This document shows positions 52,365 to 63,889 of a stretch of DNA of 64,000 bases, piece by piece (within the stretch, counting starts at the first letter, position 1; each line of letters begins with the position of its first letter). The notes beneath the pieces were generated by a model. The model made no database searches. It saw nothing but the letters and a program-made list of their open reading frames with translations, and was not told where the DNA came from. Both the position numbers and the translations under genes were made by a program. The stretch is from the NCBI RefSeq assembly GCF_006345805.1, contig NC_043000.1, positions 118,110,001 through 118,174,000 on the forward strand, in the 5' to 3' direction. The DNA is from Octopus sinensis. Its lineage: Eukaryota.

Positions 52365-52775
52365 ATTTATTTCTTTATTGCCCACAAGGGACTAAACATA
52401 GAGGGAACAAACAAGGACAGACAAAGGGATTAAGTCGATTACATCGACCCCAATGCGTAACTGGTACTTTATTTATTGACCCCGAAAGGATGAAAAGCAA
52501 AGTCGACCTCGGCGGAATTTGAACTCAAACGTAACGACAGACGAAATACCTATTTCTTTACTACCCACAAGGGGCTAAACACAGAGGGAACAAACAAAGA
52601 CAGACAAACGGATTAAGTCGATTATATCGACCCCAGTGCGTAACTGGTACTTATTTAATCGATCCCGAAAGGATGAAAGGCAAAATCGACCTCGGCGGAA
52701 TTTGAACTCAGAACGTAGCGGCAGACGAAATACCGGAAAGCATTTCGCCCGGCGTGCTAACGATTCTGCCAGCTC
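52365..52775 (-). mobile_element. Family B SINE (duplicated body)
   Basis: Two body copies; ends GATTCTGCCAGCTC. Confidence 0.85.
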
Positions 52776-53092
52776 AGCGTAGAACAGATTTTACAGAAAA
52801 AGAACACGAACAGCGCATGAAATTTATCGAAGAAACGTACATGATGTTTAAGCAACAAAAAGCGATTGTCTGGAAACGCTAGAAGCTCAACGAATATTTC
52901 TTCACAGGCGAATAATAAAATTATGAATCGAAATCGCCAGACCAGATATTTGATTATACAACAAACCAGTAATATACTATTCACCGTTATCTGACAAAAC
53001 TAAATACAGTTGTAATAATGCAATAGATACCTTGCTGATTGCTTTCTGGAAAACTATGAAGAAATGAAGATATAGAAAGTAAGTTAATAAGG

Positions 53093-54300
53093 TATATGGG
53101 TAGTCAGATAAATTCATTCGTATTTTCCTTCCTTATTTTAATCTTTGTTTGTCATCAATAGTTTTAAGAAATGAGTCAACGATATATTTTCGTTCATTGT
53201 TCGCGACATCTTGTTTATGTTCCACTTACTTGTCAATACTTCGATGGTAGAAATCACCGGATTTTGACTCCAAGAATTCATCGAACCAGCTCTATGTCAT
53301 TGTTGAACTAAATACTTCGCAGTCTGTTAGGGATGGCCCAACAGGTAACAATCCGAAAGCACTATATCAGGAGAATACGGCGGGCGCGATAGAACTCTCC
53401 CAGCCGAGCTATTGAATCGCATTTTTTGGTCAAATTAGTGACTTAGTGGCGAGTGTTGTCATGCCGTATCGCTAATCTGGTCTTTCCAGTTATGCTGCCT
53501 GTCTCGTTTGGTTTGTGCATTTGCTGAACGTAAACTCTGAATGTGACCGTGTGTTTGTTTTCAAGCATTTCATAGTGGATTGGCCCTTTCCGGTTCTACC
53601 AAATGCGTAGATGCAGCTCTGGCTCCAGTCGAGGTGTCACTTGCTTGTTGGGACTCAGCCATTTTTTTACTTTGCTTCATATTGATGAAAAGCACCATAC
53701 ACGATGATGTTGGTACCTTTTCATCAATATTAAGCAATATGGTGCCGATGACGATGCGTTAAAAAAAGCTCCAAGTCTACTACTAGTCTGGTGTCGAGCG
53801 AGCAAACTGGCAGCGATAGAGAAGCGCTGGAGTTTGTCTCTTTCGTTCAGATCGCGTGGTATCCATTCACTGAGTTTAGGGGCTGTTCTCGACGACTGAA
53901 TATATCTTGTGAGCATCCCATCTACGGGGCCAATCTCTTGTGGCTTGGCGCACATCCTCGAGAATGAGATCGTTCATTCGATCTTCATTAAACTAAACAG
54001 ATCGGCCGGAATGTGGAGTGTCTGTCAGGTCGAATTTCCCCCCCTTAAAGCGTGGGAAGCCATTTCAGTGCAATTCTTTCAGTAACAACGCCTTCTCTGT
54101 ACACAGTACAATGTACTGAGCGACTTTGACAGCTTTCCGAACCATGATTGAATGGAAGAGAAGCAGGCGTAGAAAAGACTCGTTGTTTTCCTACATGGCA
54201 CTCCATCGACATTTGTCTCAAAGAGGCAAAATTTATTCGAATTTCAATAAGCACCAACAAAAATTGTAAAGGATGAACAAAACTAAATAAAATCTAAATA
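53093..54300 (-). pseudogene. Near full-length degenerate mariner, second family (M2)
   Basis: MECHVGKQ start; LSEWIPRDLNERDKLQRFSIAASLLARHQ; WCFFINMKQ.KKWLSPNKQ; HDN.RH; PYSPD; WFDEFLESK; TIR-like TATGGGTAGTCAGATAAA at ~53095. Confidence 0.8.
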
Positions 54301-55009
54301 CTTCAATAAAAATATTTTTCGTACTAATTCAAACACATTGAAAAGAAACTAAGGAATTTAGCTAGTTACACATTTTGCCATTTGGCTTGTCTATTTATTA
54401 AGAAACCTATTTTGGTTTTGTATCTATCTGAAGCGCCGCTACTTATTGTACTTGAGTATTTATAGTTTTATTGTTGTTTAGGTTTACGAGAACAAGTTTC
54501 ATTCAAAACAGGTGTTAGAAATCCCATAACAAAGCACATTGACATTGCCATTCCTAAGAATGAACCCACTATATTTCACCTTATAATTCTATTCAATTTT
54601 CGAGGTCATGCTCAGTCCATTTTGTCTACGGAAACTACGAAATATTTGAATAAAAATTCAACTAGACATTTCCAGATCTTGTTGTATTCTCTTTCTATCG
54701 TCATCTCTGGTTATTTTCCTAAGTAATGAAGATAACCTGTCTTAAATTTCGTTATTTACTTAATGTTTTTTCCAACGGTTGTAATGGATCCTCTCACGGA
54801 CGAGGACATGTCCTTCCCTTTCCACTACTCTTCTAGCTTTATGTGAATCCACTGGTGTCATTATATTCAAGCCAGGTTGTATTAGCTTTGAGTCTCTACA
54901 TCTACACAGGAAAGTTAGATGGTTTGTAATACGAGCTAGTTTTTTGATGAAGTTTCTCTATATGTCTCCATTGAAGTCTAATGTCGGCTCCGTACCGATT
55001 AGATAATAC

Positions 55010-55227
55010 AGTTCTATATTTAAGAGATGAGAATTATGTACATTATTTACATTGTTTACTTTATTTACATTTGACGGATATTTGTACTCATCTTGTTTGT
55101 TGTTAACACAACATTTCGGCTGATATACCCTCCAGCCTTCATCAGATGTCTTGGGGAAATTTCGAACCTGGGTTCTCATTCCTAAGGTATTTTTCGATGT
55201 TGTTGTTATTATTATTATTATTATTAC

Positions 55228-55261
<34 letters not shown>

Positions 55262-55337
55262 CAAGTCACTGCCTGGAATCGAACTCGAAATCTTGGGGTT
55301 AGTAGCCCGCGCTCTTAACCACTACGCCATATACCCG
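55010..55337 (-). mobile_element. Non-autonomous Penelope-derived unit: tRNA-like head + (AAT)n + hammerhead tail
   Basis: tRNA-like 55261-55336 (A-box TGGCGTAGTGG, B-box GAGTTCGATTCC), (ATT)n 55206-55258, hammerhead 55105-55150, AT-rich tail to 55010. Confidence 0.7.
55105..55150 (-). ncRNA. Minimal type I hammerhead ribozyme (CpG-decayed)
   Basis: GACAU CUGAUGA A GGCUG-GAGGGUAUAU-CAGCC GAAA UG UU GUGUU; stem III AUGU instead of palindromic ACGU. Confidence 0.7.
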
Positions 55338-56310
55338 TAGAACATACTCCTAACATTCTCCAAGTTGGCATTTTTTCCCACCATTTGCCGAAATGACATG
55401 TGAATGGACTCATTTTAATAGCTAAAGTATTCAGAGATTTCTCATTAGTCTAAATTAGTTTCCTGTAATCCTATTATTGGTTTCAAATTTTAGCACAAGG
55501 CCATCAGTTTAAGGAGAGGGTGCTTATTCTATGCCCTTCCACCACCACCACCTAAAGTATGAAAGTCAAAGTCGACCTCGAAAAGATTTGAACTCAGAAA
55601 AGTAATAGAATGGCCAGTTGTCAGAATTGTTAGCTTGTCAGATAAAATGTTTAGTGGCGTTTCTTCCGGTTTTTCATGTCCTAAGTTCAAATCTTGCCGG
55701 GATCAACTTGGTCTCATATCCCTTCGGAATCGATAAGATAAAGTGCCAGTCAAGTATGGGGTCGGTGTAATCGTCTTGCCCGCTCCATCAGTATTTCTGG
55801 CCTTGAACTCTGCAACAGACAGGCGTCCTGTTCAGCAGGAATATTGTACTCTCGATCGCTTATACGCCATGAAAACCGAGCAACAGGCCTTAGGAGTCCT
55901 TGAGCTCCAAAAGAAAAGAAAATCTTTACATCAACATATCTCGCTGCTGTATGTGGAGCACCGAAGGAGTATAACGTCTAAAGTCTATTTGTTTAAGCAG
56001 TTTCTTTAATGTTGGGTATTGGTTTAACACCAGGTCAACCCAAATTGAGCAGATCTTTGATCAGGAACAATTAGATACATGACTATGAAGTTTGTTTTTT
56101 TTTATTTTAAGAAAAAACAAGCGTAGCTGTGTGGTAAGAAGCTTGCTTCCCAACCACATGGTTCCGGGTTCAGTCCCACTACATGGTACCTTGGGTAAGT
56201 ATTTTCTGCTATAGCCTCGGGTTGACCAAAGCCTTGAGTGGATTAGGTAGAAGCCCGTCCTGTATGTATGTGTGTGTATGAATATATATATATATATATA
56301 ACAAAATCGA

Positions 56311-56566
56311 ATTTGTATTATATAGTTAAAAATATATTAAAATCGTCATACTAGGAAAATTATATGAAATTTTGTGTACAGTGACATTGTTTTTGGAGAA
56401 ATAACCGGTTTCGCATTTTCTTTTTAAATTTCTTTACCGATGTGTCATCTATTCGTTATGGTGTGTACATCACAGCATAACAAATGGATGTGACTATACA
56501 CAAAATTCTATATCATTTTCCTAACATGATGATATTTTAATATATTTTTAACCATATAATACAAAT
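56311..56566. mobile_element. Old MITE-like element with ~78-bp imperfect TIRs
   Basis: ATTTGTATTATATAGTTAAAAATATATTAAAAT...GTGACAT (56311-56387) versus reverse complement 56488-56566. Confidence 0.65.
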
Positions 56567-56642
56567 CTTCTGTAGATCTTATATTCTATTTTGTTTTTTA
56601 CACATCTAACCACGTACTTTCACATACCAACTCTCTCACACA

Positions 56643-56689
<47 letters not shown>

Positions 56690-56777
56690 GGAGAATTCAC
56701 AAAAGAAAAAAAAGATGAAGGCAGGTGTTGTAGACAACAAACAGATATATTAGTATAACGCTCAAAAAGTGAAAAAG

Positions 56778-56815
56778 TCTTTAACATTTCGAGCCTACGC
56801 TCTTCCACGGAAAGG
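56778..56815 (-). ncRNA. Degenerate hammerhead-like motif, same family as 39860
   Basis: CCUUU CCGUGGA A GAGC-GUAG-GCUC GAAA UG UU AAAGA. Confidence 0.4.
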
Positions 56816-56867
56816 AACACAGAAAGAAAAAGGAGAGAAAATAAAGAATGTGCAGTGGCTAGCGATC

Positions 56868-56913
<46 letters not shown>

Positions 56914-56918
56914 ATATA

Positions 56919-56954
<36 letters not shown>

Positions 56955-57139
56955 TGTATGTATGTATGTGCTGGACAAAATGCTTAGCGACATTTCGCCT
57001 GTCTAAGCATACTTAGTTCAAATTCCACCTAGCTCGACTTTGTCTTTCATTCTTTCAGGCTCGATAAATTAAACCACAACTGACCACTTGGATCTATATG
57101 TAACCCCGTCCCTAATATTTCAGACCTTGTGCCTATGGT

Positions 57140-57300
57140 AAGGCGGCGAGCTGGCAGAATCGTTAACACACCGGGCGAAATGCTTAGCAGTATTTCGTCG
57201 GTCTTTACGTTCTAAGTTCAAATTCCGCCCAGGTCGACTTTACCTGTCGTCCTTTCGGAGTCGATAAATGTAAGTAGCAGTTGCGTACTGGGGTCGATCT
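57140..57300 (+). mobile_element. Family B SINE (3'-truncated)
   Basis: AAGGCGGCGAGCTGGCAGAATCG head. Confidence 0.8.
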
Positions 57301-58681
57301 AATCTTAGCAATTTAAGTTCGATCTCATTGCGTGATATCTTCGGCAACTAACCCTTAACATAGCCTCAGCTAGACCAATAACTAATGTGTGAAATTTGTG
57401 GAAGCCCGTCGAATGTGTGTGTGTGTGTGTGTGTGTGATTCTGTGTATATCTGCGAAGGATGTAAACGTCAGCGAGAAACCGGTGCTTTTTGAACTAGAT
57501 CTGCCGAATAGGGGACGCCGAATATTATTGTTACATCTGAAATATAGTGGGCAAGATTAGACGGTCGAAAACCTACACCCACCGGCGCTAGTGTTCACAA
57601 AATACAACATAAACAAAAGCAAAACAAACTAATACACAATTATTTTTACAACGTGGATACTTTGATGTAAAATTCATTGATTTAAAAAGAAAGGTTTCGT
57701 TTAGTATTATGGCAACTTATGTCTTTGATAGCAGCACGCTCTTAAGACAATATAAATCACCTCTACCATAATTTCTGATTAAATTATAACAGAAGTCATT
57801 ATTAAAAAAGTTCGTATGTTTTCCTTTTAAATTTTAAGCCTTGAAACAAACAATAAACTAGTTTAGTGAACTCTGTTGCCTGATGGAGTAAACAAGCAGA
57901 TAAGAAATAGTTCTCACAGAACTTCGGAAAACATCTTTATATCTTAAATATGATGTATTTGTATTGTTTCAATCATTTCAATTCCATTAAAGAGCTAATT
58001 TAAATAGTTGTTACGAATAATAATAATCTTATAACTTTGCTAGCTCCTTCGTTACTTAGCCCGTCCGTAACATTTCCACCTGATTAGTTGAAAGAGGAGG
58101 TGAGGGAGATGAGTGGGGATGGAGAGGTGGTGGTGAGTGAAATGTGTAATTTTTTTTAACTAAGTATTTCCCTCCGTTACTTAGCCCGTCTGTAACGCTT
58201 TCACGGGATTCGTTGAAGGGAAGGCGAAGAACGAAAGAAAAAGGAGAGAGAAAAGAGGATAAGGCGAAGAGTAAGAAAGAGAGAGAAGTCTGTGTATTAA
58301 GTCTATAAAAGTGTGCATAAAGTATATAAAGTGTATATATGGAGTACATTAAGTAATCATCGTATTTTAATTTCTTTCACTTTTCAATGATTAGCAGATG
58401 AGCGACTATCTTTTGGGACAGACACAACATAAGCAAGGCTTTCAGGTTTTTGGGTTTTTTTTATATAGCTTTCAGAAACAACCCAATAAGTTTACCCTTA
58501 ATTCCGTGATGTATTCACGGGTACCGCTAATAATGATAATTTTATAATATAGGCACAAGGCCTATATTATGTTTTTGTTTTATGTTTTCGTTTCTCTTGT
58601 ATTCAACGATTTTTTGTGTCCTGTACCCATATATATACATATAGATGTAGGTACGTACATATATGTATGTATATATGCATA

Positions 58682-58762
<81 letters not shown>

Positions 58763-59279
58763 CAGTATATGAATTAATGTTTATTTGCATACATTTAATT
58801 AAATGTGTAACTTTATATGCATATAATATATAAATATTTGCCACAAATATCTGATAAAAAATGTGAGTTAGACATTGTGCCGTCACAATATAACATCTAG
58901 CAATAATCTACCATTATATTTTTCATTCCAGAATCCTTGATAGCAAGCTTCCATTGATTGAATATTCTAGTGAAATCTCTCTTCTTGTTAACCACCAATT
59001 ACACCAAGGAAAGAAATATAGGTGTGACTGTATGAAATGTAATATAGGAGACAATTATGGACCACACTACACCCACAAAAGCGTTACAAATGCCAGGCTT
59101 CACAATCTCTGGTGAATTCATATGGTGACCTCACATCTTTAACTCTGCTCAAAACTTCATCTCGAAGACTATTTTTTCGGGGTCAGGAAATATTTTAAAT
59201 CTGGTCAGTTGCTGAAACTTATAAATTGCAGGTAAGATTCACTTTGGAATATTGCTCATATATCTGAGATAGTTCTGCT

Positions 59280-59675
59280 GCTGTTTGTTTGTTGAGTGAA
59301 GCGGTCTTTGTCCCAGAGCTCGCAAGATCGCGCCACAGGATTGTCTGTAGTGGGAGAAGTCCGAAACATGGTCTTTTGCTATTCGTAAGACCCACAGAAG
59401 AGAAAGCAGGTCAACCCCCGACACCGAGAGCATCGACGGAGGAATGAATGCGCATCCAGGCTCAGCGGTTGCGTAGGAAGTCGAGGACAAGAAACAGGAA
59501 GAAAGAGTGAGAGAAAGTTGGAGAGAAAGAGTACAACAGGGGTCGCCACCACCCCCTGCTGGAGGCTCTTGGAGCTTTAGGTGTTTTCGCTCCATAAACA
59601 CACACAACGCCCGGTCTGGGAATCGAAACCGCGATCCTCCGACCGCGAGTCCGCTGCCCTAACCACTGGGCCTTC
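59280..59675 (-). mobile_element. Family C SINE, long-tail subfamily
   Basis: Reverse complement of the 16668-17055 type. Confidence 0.8.
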
Positions 59676-60109
59676 ACTCTGCTGCTGTATAAGAGACATG
59701 TGATACACGATACAAAGACCTTCTCCCAACGTACTACCACAGTAGACTCACGAGTGCCTTGTATCTCTTCATTAATTCTTCTACCTTTACTACAATAATC
59801 TCTTCTCTTCCAAACTAATCAACCCTACACTCATATTCCCTCTTCTCTTGTCATCCTTACTGTATCCCACTCCCCTTCCACCAGATCCTGTGCTAAATAC
59901 CCTGCTTAATCCTTTCACATCAGAACTGAAAATCTTTAGAATTCCCTTTCTATTCACATTCTCTGTAGATGTAAAGAACTATTCTTCAGACTTGATTTCA
60001 TATTAACCGCATCAATCTCGATCATCTGGAAGGACCTGTAAATTTCAAAAGTAACTAATAAAACAATAACTGTTACATTATCAAAGATTGAAGGCGGCGA
60101 ACTGGCAGA

Positions 60110-60480
60110 AGGAGTGGCTGTGTGGTAAGTAGCTTGCTTACCAACCACATGGTTCCGGGTTCAGTCCCACTGCGTGGCACTTTGGGCAAGTGTCTTCTAC
60201 TATAGCCTCGGACCAACCAAAGCCTTGTGAGTGGATTTGGTAGACTGAAAGAAGCCCGTCGTATATATGTATATATGTGTGTGTCTGTGTTTGTCCCTCA
60301 ACATCGCTTGACAACTGTTGCTGGTGTGTTTACGTCCCCGTAACTTAGCGGTTCGGCAAAAGAGACCGATAGAATAAGTACTAGGCTTCCAAAGAGTAAG
60401 TCCTGGAGTCGATTTGCTCGACCAAAGGCAGTGCTCCAGCATGGCCGCAGTCACACGACTGAAACAAGTGAAAGAGTAAC
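60110..60480 (+). mobile_element. Family A SINE next to a family B head
   Basis: AGGCGGCGAACTGGCAGA immediately followed by AGGAGTGGCTGTGTGGTAAG and a full family A body. Confidence 0.8.
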
Positions 60481-60764
60481 TAATATTATAAGATTTCTTT
60501 TAAAGGCGGTGCTCCAGGATGGCCGCAGTCAAATGACTGAAACAAGAGAAAGAGATGTCAGACAAAACGTCTAGCTGCATTTCGTCCATCTATACGCTCT
60601 GAGTTCAAATCTCACCGAAGTCGACATTGTCTTTCATCCTTTCGGGTTCGATGAAACAAGTACCAGTTGAGCACTGGGGTCGATGTAATCGACTGTTCTC
60701 CTCCTCCAAAATTTCATGCTTGTGCCGATAATTGAAAGGGTTATATTATCAAGGATTAAGGCGT

Positions 60765-60871
60765 TCATCGTTTTATAAATTTGAATAAATTTATACCGCT
60801 TTCCAAACATCTGACGATGGAATGCCAAGTAGAAAAAGAAAGAACGAATAACTTCATCTGACAACCCAATA
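60765..60871 (+). mobile_element. Internal-deletion derivative of mariner M2
   Basis: 5'UTR-like AAATTTGAATAAATTT..., ATGGAATGCCAAGTAGAAAAAGAA (MECQVEKE, 60817-60840) joined directly to 3' TIR ...CTTCATCTGACAACCCAATA. Confidence 0.7.
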
Positions 60872-60967
60872 ATATGCTCATAAATGTGTTACTTCCAATT
60901 GTCATATGATAAATAGAAACAGACATGGTCCCTTGATTAACAGATCTCTCATTATTTTTACAGAATT

Positions 60968-61154
60968 ATGGAGAACGAGAGTTTAAATGAGTTTGCTGAA
61001 AATAGCGCCCCAGAAATTAGAACCCGGAAAAATAGAGATGTAGACAAGAAAGATCTGAGTTATGGTTTCGGACGCTTTCGGCCGCAGTGGATGCAAGTGT
61101 TCAATCGACCTAAGATCGTCCTTATGATTTTGTGTTATATCGCTTTCATTCAAG
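60968..61154 (+). CDS. SLCO4A1: Organic anion transporting polypeptide (OATP/SLCO4-like), first coding exon
   Basis: Acceptor TTTTTACAG (AG 60962-60963), ATG 60968, ...YGFGRFRPQWMQVFNRPKIVLMILCYIAFIQ G|GTGAGT donor. Resembles the N-terminus/TM1 of SLCO4A1/4C1; exact orthology is uncertain. Confidence 0.85.
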
Positions 61155-62199
61155 GTGAGTTGTTTCGAGCTGTTCCACCTTCCTGTTCCTCCATTACCTT
61201 TCAGAAATAATTTTGATTACTATAATACGAAAGTCATCGTCATAATCATAATCTTCGTTTAATGTCCTTTTTGTATGGGTTGAATGGTTCGACTGGAACC
61301 GACGAGCCAGCAGAAGGTTGTGCTAAGATCCACTGTTTCTTTTAGTATGGTTTCTACAGCTAGATGCCCTTGCTAGATGCCAACCACTTTACAGAATGTG
61401 CTGGGGGTCTTTTTTATATTTTTCGTGCCACCAGCATCAGTGAAGTCACCAAATACTTCCAAAGACCCCTTCAACTGAGTAGCATGTAGGGTTAAAGAGT
61501 GTGAAAATATGATGGAGGGCCAGGAACAATTGTTTTGCTGAAGAGGTGATTACGTGGTTTCCCCATCTGAAAAGAAAGAGAGAGAAACAGAGACAGAGAC
61601 AGAGACAGACAGAGGGAAAGTGGTGTGAGGTCAAAGTGCAAAGTAAATATATGGAGACAGAATAGAGACAGAAGAACAGAAAGTGACAGATAAATATTCT
61701 AAACTATTCTTTAATGAATTTTAAGAAATATGCGTAAAAATTGGAATTTATTTTTCCGAAACTGGTCTATGATCAGAGTCGTTCCAAATGTGGTCAATCC
61801 GTAATTTTCTCAGATATATTGTATCTATGAAAGCTATTTTCAACGTATTTTTATCTTTGAAGATGATAGAGTAGGTTCTGATGGAGATTTGGCTGCGATG
61901 TCCGGAGGGTGATCAACTACGCAGTCGTTCCTTAGTTCATGCCAATGTTTCGTTATTATATTTGATTTGCAAGATTCTTACGTGTTGAACTATATTTCGT
62001 TGTATCTGACAAGGGTCTTTACATTAGCTGTAAACATACGCACTGGTTCTGTCTTACTTCTTATTTATTTGTCAGTTGATTAACTAACCAATTAAGCAAT
62101 TGATTGTTTAATTAATCATTCAGTTAATCAATTAACCAGCTAAGTTTGTCAAAGTCCTTTTGTTGTCTTTCGCGACCTCATCAACGACTTGCTCTCTCT

Positions 62200-62720
62200 A
62201 CACCAAGTCAACTGCAGACAAACCTGACTGATTTTGATAAGTCACTTCTGGGAGTGTGAAAGGCTAAGGGAGTAGACTCTTACAGAAAATCTGGAGTAAG
62301 GGCGACTTAGGCAATTGGTGGGAAGGACGAAGTCAAACCATCTTTTGGCAGCCTCTGATGTAGACAGAAATCTTCCATCCACCGGGTCCCCAGGTAGCGG
62401 ACAGTGGAAAAGCCTTCATATATGAAGGTTAGCAGAGAATATGAAAATAAACGGTCCCGGACCAAATATACTTAGAGGAGTAAACTTCAATGATAAAAAA
62501 AAATCCCAGCATTGAATTGCAGAAGGTTGGTATGCAATGGGTGCAAGCTTCAACAAACTGATTCATTGGATACACACAATTCCTGCCTCACCGAAGGAGA
62601 TCCTGTCTCTACTAATGAGGAAATGCAATCTACAGGAGGAGTATGCGACCCCTGTCATATTAAGCTATTGAAAGGCCAAAATGACAAGGGCCCGCGTTGG
62701 AACCCGACCATAATAATATA
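62200..62720 (+). mobile_element. Possible highly degenerate Tx1/L1-like fragment
   Basis: Weak motifs (LV.GRS, GPGP...NF, KL.H) resembling the 1172-1500 fragment. Confidence 0.25.
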
Positions 62721-62827
62721 ATAGAAATCATTTAAATAAGTATCTGTAATATACAAAAGTCGATTCAAATTATTAACCTTCTCCCCATGAACAAATTGCT
62801 TTCTTCTAATCAAAAGAAATTAACAGA

Positions 62828-63058
62828 TACCAACCACATGGTTTCGGGTTCAGTCCCACTGCGTGGCACCTTGGGCAAGTGTCTTCTACTACAGCCTCGG
62901 GCCGACCAAAGCCTTGTGAGTGGATTTGGAGACGGAAACTGAAAGAAGCCCGTCGTATATATGTACATATATGTATGTGTGTGTGTATGTTTGTGTGTCT
63001 GTGTTTGTCCCCCCAACATCGCCTAACAATCGACGCTGGTGTGTTTACGTCCCCGTAA
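62828..63058 (+). mobile_element. Family A SINE (truncated at both ends)
   Basis: CCAACCACATGGTTTCGGGTTCAGTCCCACTGCG... to ...TTTACGTCCCCGTAA. Confidence 0.8.
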
Positions 63059-63085
63059 GTTTCACATATGTACTTACCACACAGC

Positions 63086-63117
<32 letters not shown>

Positions 63118-63121
<4 letters not shown>

Positions 63122-63344
63122 CTTTACTACCCACAAGGGGCTAAACACAGAGGAGACAAACAAGGACAGACAAAGGGATTAAGTCGATTACATCGACCCC
63201 AGTGCGTAACTGATACTTAATTTATCGACCCCGAAAGGATGAAAGGCAAAGTCGACCTCGGCGGAATTTGAACTCGGAACGTAACGGCAGACGAAATACG
63301 GCAACGCATTTCGCCCGACGTGCTAACGTTTCTGCCAGCTCGCC
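63118..63344 (-). mobile_element. Young family B SINE abutting the SLCO splice acceptor
   Basis: Near-consensus copy flanked by (TA)n; 3' splice site AG at 63382-63383. Confidence 0.9.
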
Positions 63345-63383
63345 TATATATATATATATATATATATATTTCTTTTCTTGTAG

Positions 63384-63638
63384 GTTTTATCGTTAATGGA
63401 GCAATCAATGCAAATTTGAGCACAATAGAAAAACGGTTTGAATTTTCCAGTAAAATGTCGAGTTGGATTCCCAGTGTTTATGATATCACAGGAGCACCAG
63501 TTGCTTTATTTGTTTGCTTCAAAGGAGCAATGAGCTACAAACTACGCTGGCTTGGATGCGGTTTCATTGTCTTCAGTTTGGGTTCCTTCATCATGGCAAT
63601 GCCACATATTTTTAGTCACAGATACGAATGGGATAAAA
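63384..63638 (+). CDS. SLCO4A1: OATP/SLCO4-like, second coding exon
   Basis: TTCTTTTCTTGTAG acceptor; the phase-1 join gives IQ-G-FIVNGAINANLSTIEKRFEFSS...SVYDI...LRWLGCG...SLGSFIMAMPH...RYE, the OATP TM1-TM3 signature (ERRF, YDI, PRWLG, LPH equivalents). Donor either 63639 (GTATGT) or 63660 (GTAAGT). Confidence 0.9.
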
Positions 63639-63889
63639 GTATGTTTATTCATTGCTCACGTAAGTATGTTATCAGAAGTATATCGATTGTTAATCTCTTT
63701 GTTTTCTTCCAAGATACTTATCAAGTTCAATACAATTTCATGCATCAAAGAATATGACGTAAGATATAGGGTATACAATGTCTAGAATGAAAGTAATAAT
63801 ACAAAGTATGACAGGTATTTTGTGAGCAAACTTTATTCGGCCTTGAAAACGACCTGGTGTAATGTTATGCGTAAAATGCTAAATTTTGA

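Noticed and set aside
52775-52882. Coiled-coil-like peptide EHEQRMKFIEETYMMFKQQK
   Set aside because: The frame closes after ~35 codons and has no convincing splice sites; probably a repeat remnant.
59700-59900. Possible CR1/L2 fragment (KRYKALV-like) on the minus strand
   Set aside because: Too degenerate to call.
59925-59995. CUGAAGA...GAAA on the minus strand
   Set aside because: No base pair at the foot of stem II and no stem I or III.
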